From the NCBI GenBank assembly GCA_050246815.1, contig JBFWVI010000007.1, forward strand, positions 1 to 64,000: a stretch of 64,000 nucleotides of DNA, read 5' to 3'. Below, piece by piece: positions 37,679 to 47,180 of this stretch. The stretch comes from Bdellovibrionales bacterium (GTDB lineage Bacteria; Bdellovibrionota; Bdellovibrionia; Bdellovibrionales; UBA1609). Position 1 is the first letter of the stretch. Each line of letters starts with the position of its first letter. A program made the position numbers and the translations under genes. The notes below the pieces were generated by a model. The model had not been told where the DNA came from and did not search any database. It saw nothing but the letters and a program-made list of their open reading frames with translations.

Positions 37679-38638
37679 CTAGCCTCTTTCCATATGCAGC
37701 AAATTGCCGATGGTGTTGGCGTTCTTAAAGGCGTGGTGATTGGCCAGTTGATCACCGCGAACAATTTCGCAACGAGCGTTGTCGATCCACTTTCCGACGC
37801 GTTTTACATTCCCAGCTGCGGCGTAATCCGAAGTCAAATCGTCCGGTGTGGCGGGATTGACTTTGGCCCACCAAATTAGATTTTGGCCGGCGGTGGTGAC
37901 CAACAGATCACTCGAAGCCTCTTTGATCAGGTCTTCATCCGAAAGTTCGCCCGAGAAGATTTTGATCCGGCGAATATATCCTGATAAACGCTCATGCTGG
38001 TGGTCGTTCCACCAGGGGGCGTTGCCGAACACCATGGCTTTGTTGGGGTGTGGGGCGCTTTTGGCATAGGCGCCTTGGTGGGTGACGTCATTTTTGCGCT
38101 GCCCGCTGACATCCTGCCCCACGATTTGATGATAAAAGCGCAGCAACGACTGGCCGCTTTGTTTGTTGAGCACCTGGCATTTGAAGGCCTGAGTATAGGT
38201 TTGACCATAGGTCACGGCGTCGCTGACATAGTCGCCACCGTCCACCGAGATTTCCCATTTATGAAGTCTAAAGTCATCACCGTCACCTTGTCCGAAAGCG
38301 GAGTAAGGATAAGGATGACAGCCCACATAACCATTTTTTTCGAGCAAGTCATAAAAGTTCGTGTTTTGCGAGGCCGAGTAAAAAAAGGTCGTGTAGTAAG
38401 CCGCTTGTTTGACCGGGATGAACTGCCAGACCACGCTGAAGCCGTCGATCCATTTCAGCGTGTCTATGCCGGCTTCAAGGGCTGGAATATAAAAGTACCT
38501 CTGCACATTGATCCGGTCATAGGCCCCATTTCGACCCGTCAAGTGACCATTGCCTTTGAAGTACATCCAATTCTCAGTGCTTGGGGACGGGGGTGCCTTT
38601 ACAGAAACCGTAGTCGCGCGAGATTTGATTTTTGCCAT
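37679..38638 (-). CDS. Hypothetical beta-rich, aromatic protein (possibly LamG/concanavalin-like)
   Basis: GAGG RBS; LSGYIRRIKIFSGELSDEDL resembles a LamG C-terminus; no signal peptide. Confidence 0.65.
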   Translation of the reverse strand: MAKIKSRATTVSVKAPPSPSTENWMYFKGNGHLTGRNGAYDRINVQRYFYIPALEAGIDTLKWIDGFSVVWQFIPVKQAAYYTTFFYSASQNTNFYDLLEKNGYVGCHPYPYSAFGQGDGDDFRLHKWEISVDGGDYVSDAVTYGQTYTQAFKCQVLNKQSGQSLLRFYHQIVGQDVSGQRKNDVTHQGAYAKSAPHPNKAMVFGNAPWWNDHQHERLSGYIRRIKIFSGELSDEDLIKEASSDLLVTTAGQNLIWWAKVNPATPDDLTSDYAAAGNVKRVGKWIDNARCEIVRGDQLANHHAFKNANTIGNLLHMERG

Positions 38639-38868
38639 AAGATCCTCGAACTTACATGATAAGGCCTAGGAGCGGGGTTCGATAGCACAAAAGCAAGGGA
38701 CGTCTCATATTGATATGACCATTATTTGAGCTATCCTAGTTTTTAGCGTTCATTTGAGTAGCGCATCCTTTGCGCTGAATTCGGTTTGGCTTTCGTCTTG
38801 CATTTGAATCCTATTTTCAACAGCAGCGATACTACCGAAGCTGAATCCATAATAGGTGACTCATTCGT

Positions 38869-39768
38869 ATGCGACTCTGTAATTTGGATATTGGTATAAG
38901 ATTACTACAATTTATTTTGCCGGCCCTATTCTCTCTGATTTCACTACGATCAGACGCGATTTTCATAAAAATAGAAGCTGTTGAGCAGAAATGTTCGGAA
39001 ATTTTAACTGTTAGCGAGCCAATTCCCGGACGTCCCCTAAGCTTCAGTAACCCTCAAGAACTGAACAACTGGCTGACCCTTAACTTGCTAAAAAAGTATA
39101 AGTTGCAGTCAATAGACACCCCTTTAACTGGACTTACTCCTGAGACGCGAGCGAATGAAGTCTTAAATCGTCTGTTACGCTTTCGGATTTCATTCCTGCC
39201 TGAGGATAGGCAGCAGGCCCTTTTGAATATATTAGATTCATCAGTTCTTATTTTTGAATTTCCATTCGCGGTCTGGGGAAGTCATGGGTTTGCGTCACCC
39301 GGAGAAATCTCTGTCAAGAATCATCTTAGTTTAAGAGATAGTGCTTTTACTTTAGCCATCTTGATCCACGAAATTGAACATCAGATTCAATTTTTGCTAT
39401 TTCCGACTTCTGATTTTAAGAGATGGAAAAGAGAGCAGGGCCTGCATCTGTTCGCGAAGAAAACCTTGTTGAGATATCAGCAGGAAACTGGGGCCATGTT
39501 CATGGAATGGGCTTTTTTTCATCTGCTACCCCATGATGATCTATCCTACTGGCAGGCAAAATTAGATTCTGCTGGAGACCCTACTTATCCAGAGCGAGAC
39601 ATGTTGGTGTTCCGAGATCGAGACAGGCTGCAGAGACAACTCGATGGAGCGAGCTTGTCATTTGAAGAGTATTTAGCGCTCGAACATAAAGCTGGGCGAT
39701 ACTCCTTGCGGAGTATCAGAGAGCTCTATTGGCGCGAACGAGATGGCGAATTTTATCATCCCTATTAA
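38869..39768 (+). CDS. Putatively secreted HEXXH-motif protein (zincin-like)
   Basis: N-terminal hydrophobic segment; LIHEIEH with downstream E..A; AT-rich codon use. Confidence 0.65.
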   Translation: MRLCNLDIGIRLLQFILPALFSLISLRSDAIFIKIEAVEQKCSEILTVSEPIPGRPLSFSNPQELNNWLTLNLLKKYKLQSIDTPLTGLTPETRANEVLNRLLRFRISFLPEDRQQALLNILDSSVLIFEFPFAVWGSHGFASPGEISVKNHLSLRDSAFTLAILIHEIEHQIQFLLFPTSDFKRWKREQGLHLFAKKTLLRYQQETGAMFMEWAFFHLLPHDDLSYWQAKLDSAGDPTYPERDMLVFRDRDRLQRQLDGASLSFEEYLALEHKAGRYSLRSIRELYWRERDGEFYHPY

Positions 39769-40103
39769 TTTCAAACTCTGAATAGTGACCCGGCCTTCTG
39801 AGGCCTAAACCGGTCTCATTTTCTCTGGGCTAGGTAACCACAACTTATACGCTCCACTGTCGCCTTCCCCGTCACACAAGACGCGGAACTCAGTACGAGA
39901 ACTACATGTAATCTTCTAAACGCCCACACTTAGTCAGATTGGAGTGCCTTTTGATCACCGGCCCACTTCCCCCGAGTAGCCCAGAAAGCTCGCTTTTTAG
40001 ATTGGACGCTGGGGAAGCGAAGGGACCAGGCTTTTTGGCCCCCCTTACAATTCTGAGGTCAGAAGTCCATTTGAAGCTTCACAAGGCAGCGGTTTTGTTC
40101 GTA

Positions 40104-40787
40104 CTACTGAGCCGCAGACTTTGAGGTGTCTGGGATTAAAATAAAGTCACATTTTGCTTTCAAGGGCTTAGAACCAGAGTCTGCAATAAACTTGGTGAGA
40201 TGCTGGGCGACGGGTTGTGAATTGAGCCACGAAGTTAGGCGTGTTGTCGAAATGCTCCATGGCTGGCCAGGATCATCTGAAATCTCCTCATACGCGGCGA
40301 ACCAAACGTGGGATTGTTCATCCGGACCGAGTTCATCTTCATCCAGTGCAAAAAAATCGATCTGATCTTTGCCAAAGCATGCAGTCAAATGAATCATTAC
40401 GTCGCCAAATTGCGAACCCGTCTTTGTAAGTTCGCAGAATATGTTCCGAGGAATCAAAACGTTATTAGCATCACGTAGACCACCACCTTTATCTCCATGA
40501 CTAGTCCAAATGATCATGCGGGTCCGTGGATTCTTCACAGCTTCATATAAGTCACCGACGGTCGCCGAGAGATTAACTAACGTACGAAAGCCCAACCGAT
40601 TCAACGCAGGGGAGTTAGTAAGAAAAGCCGTCGCTTGCTCAAGGCCATATTGGGGTTCTAATTTACCGACCAGAAAATAGACGTCACCATTTGGATGAGT
40701 CTTTTTGGTTACGCCTTGGCGGTGGTGACTGGCTGGAAAGACCGTCCAAGAGAAGAAAAATAGGATCAAGACCACAATGCGGTTCAT
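40104..40787 (-). CDS. Secreted hypothetical protein with caspase-fold-like SHG / AC motifs
   Basis: Signal MNRIVVLILFFFSWTVFP; MIIWTSHG and IHLTACF. Confidence 0.7.
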   Translation of the reverse strand: MNRIVVLILFFFSWTVFPASHHRQGVTKKTHPNGDVYFLVGKLEPQYGLEQATAFLTNSPALNRLGFRTLVNLSATVGDLYEAVKNPRTRMIIWTSHGDKGGGLRDANNVLIPRNIFCELTKTGSQFGDVMIHLTACFGKDQIDFFALDEDELGPDEQSHVWFAAYEEISDDPGQPWSISTTRLTSWLNSQPVAQHLTKFIADSGSKPLKAKCDFILIPDTSKSAAQ

Positions 40788-40845
40788 GTCCTTTTTTAAT
40801 TGAGTACAGCACCCCCGTGTCAAACGATGTTTCGAAACTAAATCT

Positions 40846-40885
40846 TAGTGGGCTGTGTGGCGGGTTTAGCCACCACAGCCCACTA
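40846..40885. repeat. TAG/CTA-flanked palindrome
   Basis: TAGTGGGCTGTG-TGGC...GCCA-C-CACAGCCCACTA. Confidence 0.7.
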
Positions 40886-40993
40886 TTCAGCAGTAGCGGT
40901 CAGAAAGGCATAGGCCCTCTAAGGAGGGTAATAGGGTGATACGGCACTTAACGCACTTGCAATAAATAATAATTTCAAATAGTTAAGTGCCCT

Positions 40994-41812
40994 ATGCCAG
41001 AACTTCCCGAAGTGGAAACCGTCCGTCGCGGACTCAGTGAAATTTTGTCGAGTCAAAATCGCATCCAGCGTGCGGAGCTGATCTGTGGCGACCTGCGCCG
41101 GCAGGTCAGCCAGGCTGAACTTGATGTCTTGAAAGGACAAAAAATTTTAAATATCCGCCGTCGCGCGAAGTACCTGTTAATGGAAACAGAACAGCATGTG
41201 TTGATCAATCACTTGGGAATGACCGGATCATGGCGCGTGGCAGCCGAAGGGTTCGAGCAGAAGCACGATCATTTTTATTTGTGGCTTCAAGGCGGCTCGC
41301 GTTTGGCCTTCAATGATCCACGCCGTTTTGGTTTGTTGTATGTGGTGGCGCGAGGTGATGAAAAAAGTGATTCTCGACTTGCGTCCTTGGGGCCCGAGCC
41401 TCTTGAACCCGACTTTAATGCCGATTGGGTTTTTGCCCGTACTCGCAAAAAGCAGACAGCCTTAAAGGTCTGGCTGATGGATCAGCGCAATGTGGTGGGA
41501 GTGGGCAATATCTATGCGTCCGAGGCTTTGTATCGGGCGGGTTTAAAGCCCCAGCGTCGCAGCGGACGGTTGACACATGTTGAGGGTGAAAAATTAGTGC
41601 GCAGTGTGCGCGACATCTTAAAAGCCGCGATAAAAAAAGGTGGCAGCACCATTCGTGATTTTAAACAAACGGGTGGTACGGGCGGATACTTTCAGAATCA
41701 ATTGTTGGTTTATGATCGCGCCGACGAACCCTGCCGGGCTTGCAAGACTTTGATACGCAGTCAAGTCATCGGTGGCCGCAGCACTTACTGGTGCGCCCAA
41801 TGTCAAAGCTAA
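40994..41812 (+). CDS. mutM: Formamidopyrimidine-DNA glycosylase
   Basis: MPELPEVE, HLGMTG, DPRRFG, GVGNIYASE, C-terminal zinc finger. Confidence 0.98.
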   Translation: MPELPEVETVRRGLSEILSSQNRIQRAELICGDLRRQVSQAELDVLKGQKILNIRRRAKYLLMETEQHVLINHLGMTGSWRVAAEGFEQKHDHFYLWLQGGSRLAFNDPRRFGLLYVVARGDEKSDSRLASLGPEPLEPDFNADWVFARTRKKQTALKVWLMDQRNVVGVGNIYASEALYRAGLKPQRRSGRLTHVEGEKLVRSVRDILKAAIKKGGSTIRDFKQTGGTGGYFQNQLLVYDRADEPCRACKTLIRSQVIGGRSTYWCAQCQS

Positions 41813-41822
41813 AGGCCGCACC

Positions 41823-42956
41823 ATGATTTTGGCCGCGTATTTAAATCTTTTGGTCTTTGGATTGTTGGATAACTTTCGTGGTCCATTTTTTTCGGCCCAA
41901 CTTACTGAGTTTTCTTTGAGTGAAGGCGCTGGCGCCGCCGTGTTCGCGTTGACTTCGATTTTTGCCAGCCTCTCAAGCACGACTGGCGCAGGCCTGCTGA
42001 GGCGCTTGGGTGCAGGCGGACTTTTGAATTTCAGCGCCTTTTGCATGGGGGCCGGATTCCTGTGCATGGCCTTCAGCCCGCTTTATGCCATTTTACTTTT
42101 TGGCGCGGCCTTGCTTGGGGTTGGCTTGGGGCTTGCCGCGTTGGCGCAGAATGTGGCTGTGGCCGAGTATGCGCCGATTCAATCCAGGGCCAAGTTGATG
42201 TCGGGCTTGCATGCCATGTATGCGCTGTCTTCGGCCGCATCGCCCTGGGTTGCTCATGGGCTTCTTTTGGCGGGCTGGACTTGGCGCCAAAGTTTCATCG
42301 CGGTGGCATTGGTGCCGATGATGTTCAGTCTTGCCGGAGTGTTGTGGGGGCGTCGGACACGGCGGGTGATTCACGCGGCCCCTTTGTCTTTACAGGCCCA
42401 AGTCTGGCCAAAGGGTACGCGTCGCCATGTTTTTTTGCTGGCGATTTGCACAGCGCTTTACCTTTGGGCCGAAATTTCAGTGGGCACCCGTCTGGTGCGC
42501 TGGTTTGAAGTGGAGCATGGTGGAACAGCTGCGCAGGGCTCCCTTTATCTGATGAGTTTTTTTGCCGCGCTTTTGCTGGGACGTCTGCTGAGTTGGCGTT
42601 GGGCCCCCCATCGCGAACAGGGTTTACGGCGCACGTTGTGGGCCAGTAGCGTGGTCGCAGCAGGGGGGCTGCTTTGGGCCCTGTGGGTATGGCCATGGGC
42701 GGTGGCATTGGCCGGCCTGGCCATGGGGCCTTTTTATCCTTTGGCCATGGCCTATGCGCGGGTGCGTTTTATGGATTTAGCGCCGCAGGCTTACACATTA
42801 ATTTTGGGCACCGGTTCGGCGGGTGTGGTGATGATGCATTTTTTGATCGGTTGGAGCGCCGACAACCACGGCCTTCAAGCGGCGATGCAGGTTGGTCCGC
42901 TGGGATTGCTTTTAGGCTTGCTGATCTTGCTGTTCGAAGCGCGCATAAAGCGCTGA
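41823..42956 (+). CDS. MFS transporter
   Basis: About 12 TM segments; DNFRGP, LHAMY, YLWAE, GPFYP. Confidence 0.88.
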   Translation: MILAAYLNLLVFGLLDNFRGPFFSAQLTEFSLSEGAGAAVFALTSIFASLSSTTGAGLLRRLGAGGLLNFSAFCMGAGFLCMAFSPLYAILLFGAALLGVGLGLAALAQNVAVAEYAPIQSRAKLMSGLHAMYALSSAASPWVAHGLLLAGWTWRQSFIAVALVPMMFSLAGVLWGRRTRRVIHAAPLSLQAQVWPKGTRRHVFLLAICTALYLWAEISVGTRLVRWFEVEHGGTAAQGSLYLMSFFAALLLGRLLSWRWAPHREQGLRRTLWASSVVAAGGLLWALWVWPWAVALAGLAMGPFYPLAMAYARVRFMDLAPQAYTLILGTGSAGVVMMHFLIGWSADNHGLQAAMQVGPLGLLLGLLILLFEARIKR

Positions 42957-43685
42957 AGCCAGAGCGAAGCGAACTTCGGCCACTTCCACCCCGCGGGTCG
43001 AAAAGAAAAAGCCCACATCGATGTCAAACAGCCGAAGCCAAAACCAGCGTGGTCGACCATCGGGACGAATAGCTTCTTCACGATCCGCCACGGCGCGCGG
43101 ATCACTGGCCAAGCTCTGCTGAATCAGCTGGCGAAGTTGCGGCAGGCTCATGGGGGGCGGTGCCAATTGATAAACGCGCAGTAACCCTTTCTCCGCTTCG
43201 CGCGAAAAAAACACCGGCAAGCGCGGCCAGGGGTTTTCGTCCACCCATCCACCTCGCGCGCGATCAACGCGGTCGCATTCGGTGATATAGGGTTTGATGT
43301 CTAAGATAGGAGTGTCATCCAATAGGTCCACTTCGTTTAAAATCAAATCTCGCCCCTGCACTCCCACCACACGGGCCAAAGTCAGGCCGATTGGATTGGG
43401 GCGATGGGGCGAGCGTGAGGCCAAGACGCCTACGCTTCGACCGCCCAAGCGGGGTGGATGCACTTTGGTGGGGATCATTTTACCCAAGTTTTCGTGAAAA
43501 ACACTGATCAGCCAAACATGGGAAAAGCCGCTTAAGCCTTGAAGCCATTGTTCGGGAGACGTACCTGGCGCCCACTGCACATGGGCCGAAGCGGCTGGCA
43601 CAAGATGGCCTTGGCGGGGAGTGCCGAATTTGTCGACGAAAGGCGTTTTTAGCCAGCCAATGGGTTCGAAATTAAACGACATCAT
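42912..43685 (-). CDS. tsaA: tRNA m6t6A37 methyltransferase TrmO/TsaA
   Basis: KFGTPRQG, FSHVWL...FH, RSPHRPNPIGL, TPILDIKPY. Confidence 0.95.
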   Translation of the reverse strand: MMSFNFEPIGWLKTPFVDKFGTPRQGHLVPAASAHVQWAPGTSPEQWLQGLSGFSHVWLISVFHENLGKMIPTKVHPPRLGGRSVGVLASRSPHRPNPIGLTLARVVGVQGRDLILNEVDLLDDTPILDIKPYITECDRVDRARGGWVDENPWPRLPVFFSREAEKGLLRVYQLAPPPMSLPQLRQLIQQSLASDPRAVADREEAIRPDGRPRWFWLRLFDIDVGFFFSTRGVEVAEVRFALASALYARFEQQDQQA

Positions 43686-43746
43686 GGCCTGGGGTGTAAC
43701 ACAAAGTTGGCGCTTTTGCCGCTCGATTTTTATATAATCACCCCTT

Positions 43747-45630
43747 ATGACAACGTTTTACCCTTGGGCACTGCTGGCACGACGCTTGGCTTTGATTTTG
43801 GCCGTTTATTTTACTTATCGAATGCTGTTTTTTGTGCTGAACAGCGATGTTTATGCGGTCGAAACTTTCAGCACGATATTCTTGGCTTTTGTACAAGGGA
43901 TTCGCTTTGATTTGTGGGCCTTAACATGGACCCATGCTCCGGTGATTTTGCTCAGCTTTGCGCCTTGGCGTTGGCAGGCTCATTGGCTGTGGCAGCGTTT
44001 GGTGTTGGTCTATGTGTTGGCCGTGAATTTTTGGTGTTTCGGCCTGAATGCGATCGACCTGGAGCTTTATAAATTCACGGGCAAACGCTTAACCACGGAC
44101 TGGCTGAAACTGCAGCAGGACATGCAAAACCAAACCATGGGCCTCGTTTCGTACTACTGGTGGGTCGCGCTTTTGGGATTTGTGACTTGGTTGGTGTTTT
44201 GGCGGTTTTGGCCCCGCTGGAAGCTTATCGCCCCACGTCCTGGAGCATGGGCGCGGGCGTTGGTTGGGTTGGTGTTCGTGGTACTCACGGCCTTGTCGAT
44301 GCGGGGGGGGTGGCAGCTTAAGCCTTTAAACCTTGCCGATGCGTACAGCAGTGGGTCGAGTGCGGTGGGTATTTTGCGCATGAACTCAACATTTACATTT
44401 TTTCGCAGCCGCTCCAGTTTTGATTCTTTGGCTTTGCGGTTTTTCAAGGGCAATGAGCCCGCCCGAGAGACGCTTTTGGCCGAAAGCCGCGGCGGCCCTT
44501 CGCCGCTGGATGGAAAGTTCAAAGGTTACAACATCGTTGTGCTGATTATTGAAAGTTTGGCCAGCGAGTACGTGGGCGTTTTAAATGAGGGCAAAGGCTA
44601 CACACCTTTCCTAGATGAACTCACTGCGGTGTCCACCTTGTTTCGCAACAACTTCGCCAACGGCCGCCGCTCGATCGAGGCGGTGCCCAGTGTGGTGTGT
44701 GGACTGCCCTCACTGATGGGCGAGGCTCTGATTTTGTCGCCCTACCAGGGTATCGATCTGCATTGCTTGCCTGAGGTGGCAAGACGCGCGGGTTATGCCA
44801 CACACTTTTTTCATGGGGCCTACAATGGTTCGATGCATTTTGACGCCTTTTCAAACCGCGCCGGGTTCAATAAATTTTATGGATTTAACGAGTACGGCGA
44901 TTCCGCTGACAGCGATGGTCACTGGGGAATTTTTGACGAGCCGATGTTGAACTTTACGGTGAAGACGTTGAATCAATCTGTCCAACCCTTTGCCGCCGTG
45001 ATGTTCACATTGAGCTCTCACAGCCCCTACCGATTGCCGCCCGGACTTGAGGGCCGCTTTCCGAAAGGCGAGCTGGAAATTCATCCAAGTATTGGTTACG
45101 TCGACTATGCATTAAAACAATTTTTTGCTCAGGCGCAAAAGAGCAAGTGGTTTAAAAACACCATCTTCGTGATCACCGGTGATCACACGCAAAAATCAGT
45201 TCAACGGCGCTATCAATCGCTCACGGGGCTTTATCGAGTGCCGCTGTGGTTTTATATCCCAGGGAAAAAATTGGGTGGGGATCCAATGAAGTTCACCCAG
45301 CACCTCGATATTTTGCCCACCCTGATGACACTTGCGGGATTGCCGCTCGAGCCACGGTTAAAGATCGGCCAGAATGTTTTCGCTCCTGGCGCCGGAGTGG
45401 TCTTTAACGGCGACGAACGTGGTTTTTGGAGTTTGGGAGAGGCGGGGTTGATTGAATACAATCGGGCCACCACCTCTTTTGCACGAATGGCGTTTGACCC
45501 GAAAACTTGGCTGACTTCCGAGGCGCAAAACATCGGCCCAGATGACGCGGTCGGGCACGCGGCCGAGCAATTAAAAGCGATTGTGGATTATCACAATGAG
45601 GGTGTGGTGCAAAACCGCCTCTATAAGTAG
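43747..45630 (+). CDS. LTA-synthase/sulfatase-family membrane protein
   Basis: N-terminal TMs; IIESL, ANGRRSIE, TLSSHSPY, TGDH, HLDILPT. Confidence 0.92.
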   Translation: MTTFYPWALLARRLALILAVYFTYRMLFFVLNSDVYAVETFSTIFLAFVQGIRFDLWALTWTHAPVILLSFAPWRWQAHWLWQRLVLVYVLAVNFWCFGLNAIDLELYKFTGKRLTTDWLKLQQDMQNQTMGLVSYYWWVALLGFVTWLVFWRFWPRWKLIAPRPGAWARALVGLVFVVLTALSMRGGWQLKPLNLADAYSSGSSAVGILRMNSTFTFFRSRSSFDSLALRFFKGNEPARETLLAESRGGPSPLDGKFKGYNIVVLIIESLASEYVGVLNEGKGYTPFLDELTAVSTLFRNNFANGRRSIEAVPSVVCGLPSLMGEALILSPYQGIDLHCLPEVARRAGYATHFFHGAYNGSMHFDAFSNRAGFNKFYGFNEYGDSADSDGHWGIFDEPMLNFTVKTLNQSVQPFAAVMFTLSSHSPYRLPPGLEGRFPKGELEIHPSIGYVDYALKQFFAQAQKSKWFKNTIFVITGDHTQKSVQRRYQSLTGLYRVPLWFYIPGKKLGGDPMKFTQHLDILPTLMTLAGLPLEPRLKIGQNVFAPGAGVVFNGDERGFWSLGEAGLIEYNRATTSFARMAFDPKTWLTSEAQNIGPDDAVGHAAEQLKAIVDYHNEGVVQNRLYK

Positions 45631-45686
45631 ACAACCCGAAGGCCGCTCGCGTAAGACCTCTAGCAGGAAAAGGGTGGAGGTCTTTT

Positions 45687-46823
45687 ATGCTTAAAACTTC
45701 AAAAGTTTTGGTTCTGGGTGTTTTAGTCGCGATGATCGGGATGGGCTGCGAACCCAAAGACGAAAACGTCAAGCGCCAAACCCGTAGCCCCTTTGCCCAA
45801 GCTAAAATTGAGCGGGCCAACATCAGTGGCCTCGATTATCTGCAGTACACCGCCTACCGTTTGGCGGAAGTGCAGCGTTTAGCTGAGCTTGTCGTGCAAA
45901 ATCCGGCTCCCTTGATTGTCCAGGACAATTCACCTGCCTGCGGACGCTTGGTGATCGACAAAACCGAAGGGTTGCGTCGCATGATGCGTCTAAAAACTCA
46001 AAATTGCCCGGTGGCGGCGGTCAAAGAAGAAAAATTACAGCTGGCTGCGGATGGCGAAGAAGTTTTGGATGTGCAGCTGAACAGTCAAGGCCAAGTGACC
46101 AGAGTGTTGTCGAGCACCGTCGGGCCGTACGTGGTCAGCGGAGAAATTCGCGCCGGCGAAATGGATGACAGCAAACTCAATACCTTTGAGCGTCGCGAGA
46201 TGTCGCTGGATTTGATCGAAGGTAGCCGCTACCGTTTTGCATACGCGGTTGAAATGAGTTGGCGGCAGGAATTGGTCAGTCCAAGCTTTAAAGCCTATGA
46301 AGATGGAGGTCGTAACCACATCAATTTAACTGGCGAGTTCGTGATGACGAATGGTCGCCTGCAGTCGCTGACTTTGGATCTGGCCCGCATCAATGTGTCA
46401 TCGCCGCGTGAAATCACTGAGCGCAAACGCAGAGCCAACAGCCTGACGCCAGGCAAAACATTTCACAATGTGAACTTACTGCTAACCGCTCAGCCTGGTG
46501 CCGACAAAGGCACCGTCGTACCGATGAGCTTTGGCACAGCCGGTTGTGGTTTGCCGCAAGGCAAATTGCGGGTGCTGACTTTTAAAACCACAATGAGCAA
46601 CGACAATCTGACCTTTAAGCAAGAAAAAGACGTGGAGTTCACTCCGCTTGGCATTCATGTGCCCGCTGTTGGCAAAAGTCAGGCTTGGCTGGATTGCGCA
46701 CCCGCCGTTCAAATTCCGTTGCCTGGCGGAACCGTCGGCGGATGGCCGGCAAAACCCGCACCGACCTTTTTGCCAAGCGAATTGGGCAACCGTAACCCGT
46801 ACTTGGCGCTCTTCTTTAAGTAG
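45687..46823 (+). CDS. Hypothetical beta-rich lipoprotein
   Basis: GGAGG RBS; lipobox GMGC. Confidence 0.75.
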   Translation: MLKTSKVLVLGVLVAMIGMGCEPKDENVKRQTRSPFAQAKIERANISGLDYLQYTAYRLAEVQRLAELVVQNPAPLIVQDNSPACGRLVIDKTEGLRRMMRLKTQNCPVAAVKEEKLQLAADGEEVLDVQLNSQGQVTRVLSSTVGPYVVSGEIRAGEMDDSKLNTFERREMSLDLIEGSRYRFAYAVEMSWRQELVSPSFKAYEDGGRNHINLTGEFVMTNGRLQSLTLDLARINVSSPREITERKRRANSLTPGKTFHNVNLLLTAQPGADKGTVVPMSFGTAGCGLPQGKLRVLTFKTTMSNDNLTFKQEKDVEFTPLGIHVPAVGKSQAWLDCAPAVQIPLPGGTVGGWPAKPAPTFLPSELGNRNPYLALFFK

Positions 46824-46842
46824 GTTTAGGTAGGTTCGATGA

Positions 46843-46968
46843 TCAAGGATCTTCCGTCAGGATCCTTGATTTTAAAATAGTGGGAATTGTTGGCTTCAAC
46901 ACGTCTTCGTCAAATTTGCGAATTTCGGGTAAGCGTTTAGTGTGGAAGATGATGGAGTTGAGTTTCAT
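46843..46968 (-). pseudogene. Probable truncated VOC/glyoxalase-family gene
   Basis: MKLNSIIFHTKRLPEIRKFDEDVLK resembles a VOC N-terminal strand-helix but stops after about 41 codons. Confidence 0.4.
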
Positions 46969-46991
46969 AGGTGATTTTACTATCGAGTAGA

Positions 46992-47090
46992 AAGTTTCCG
47001 ACCAGTGAAAAATGCGGTCTAAAGACAATTTATAGCATTTGATCTCCATCAAAATGAATCTCAGCCTCGTTTTTCACTGGCTGGAAACCT
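46992..47090. repeat. Imperfect ~26-bp inverted repeat
   Basis: AAGTTTCCGACCAGTGAAAAATGCGG versus CCTCGTTTTTCACTGGCTGGAAACCT. Confidence 0.6.
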
Positions 47091-47180
47091 CATGAATTGG
47101 GTGAGAAATCGGAGGCTGTGACTGGAGATCCAAGGCGGTCGACATCTCTCCGCCTCGGCGCTTGGCTCGTTAGTAGGCTC

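Noticed and set aside
37994..38659. 221-aa plus-strand ORF
   Set aside because: Antisense shadow of 37679-38638, which has the RBS and protein-like composition.
39790..39840. GGCCTAAACC...GGTAACC as a c-di-GMP-I riboswitch
   Set aside because: Lacks the GCAAA/GAAA-tetraloop first stem and lies between convergent genes.
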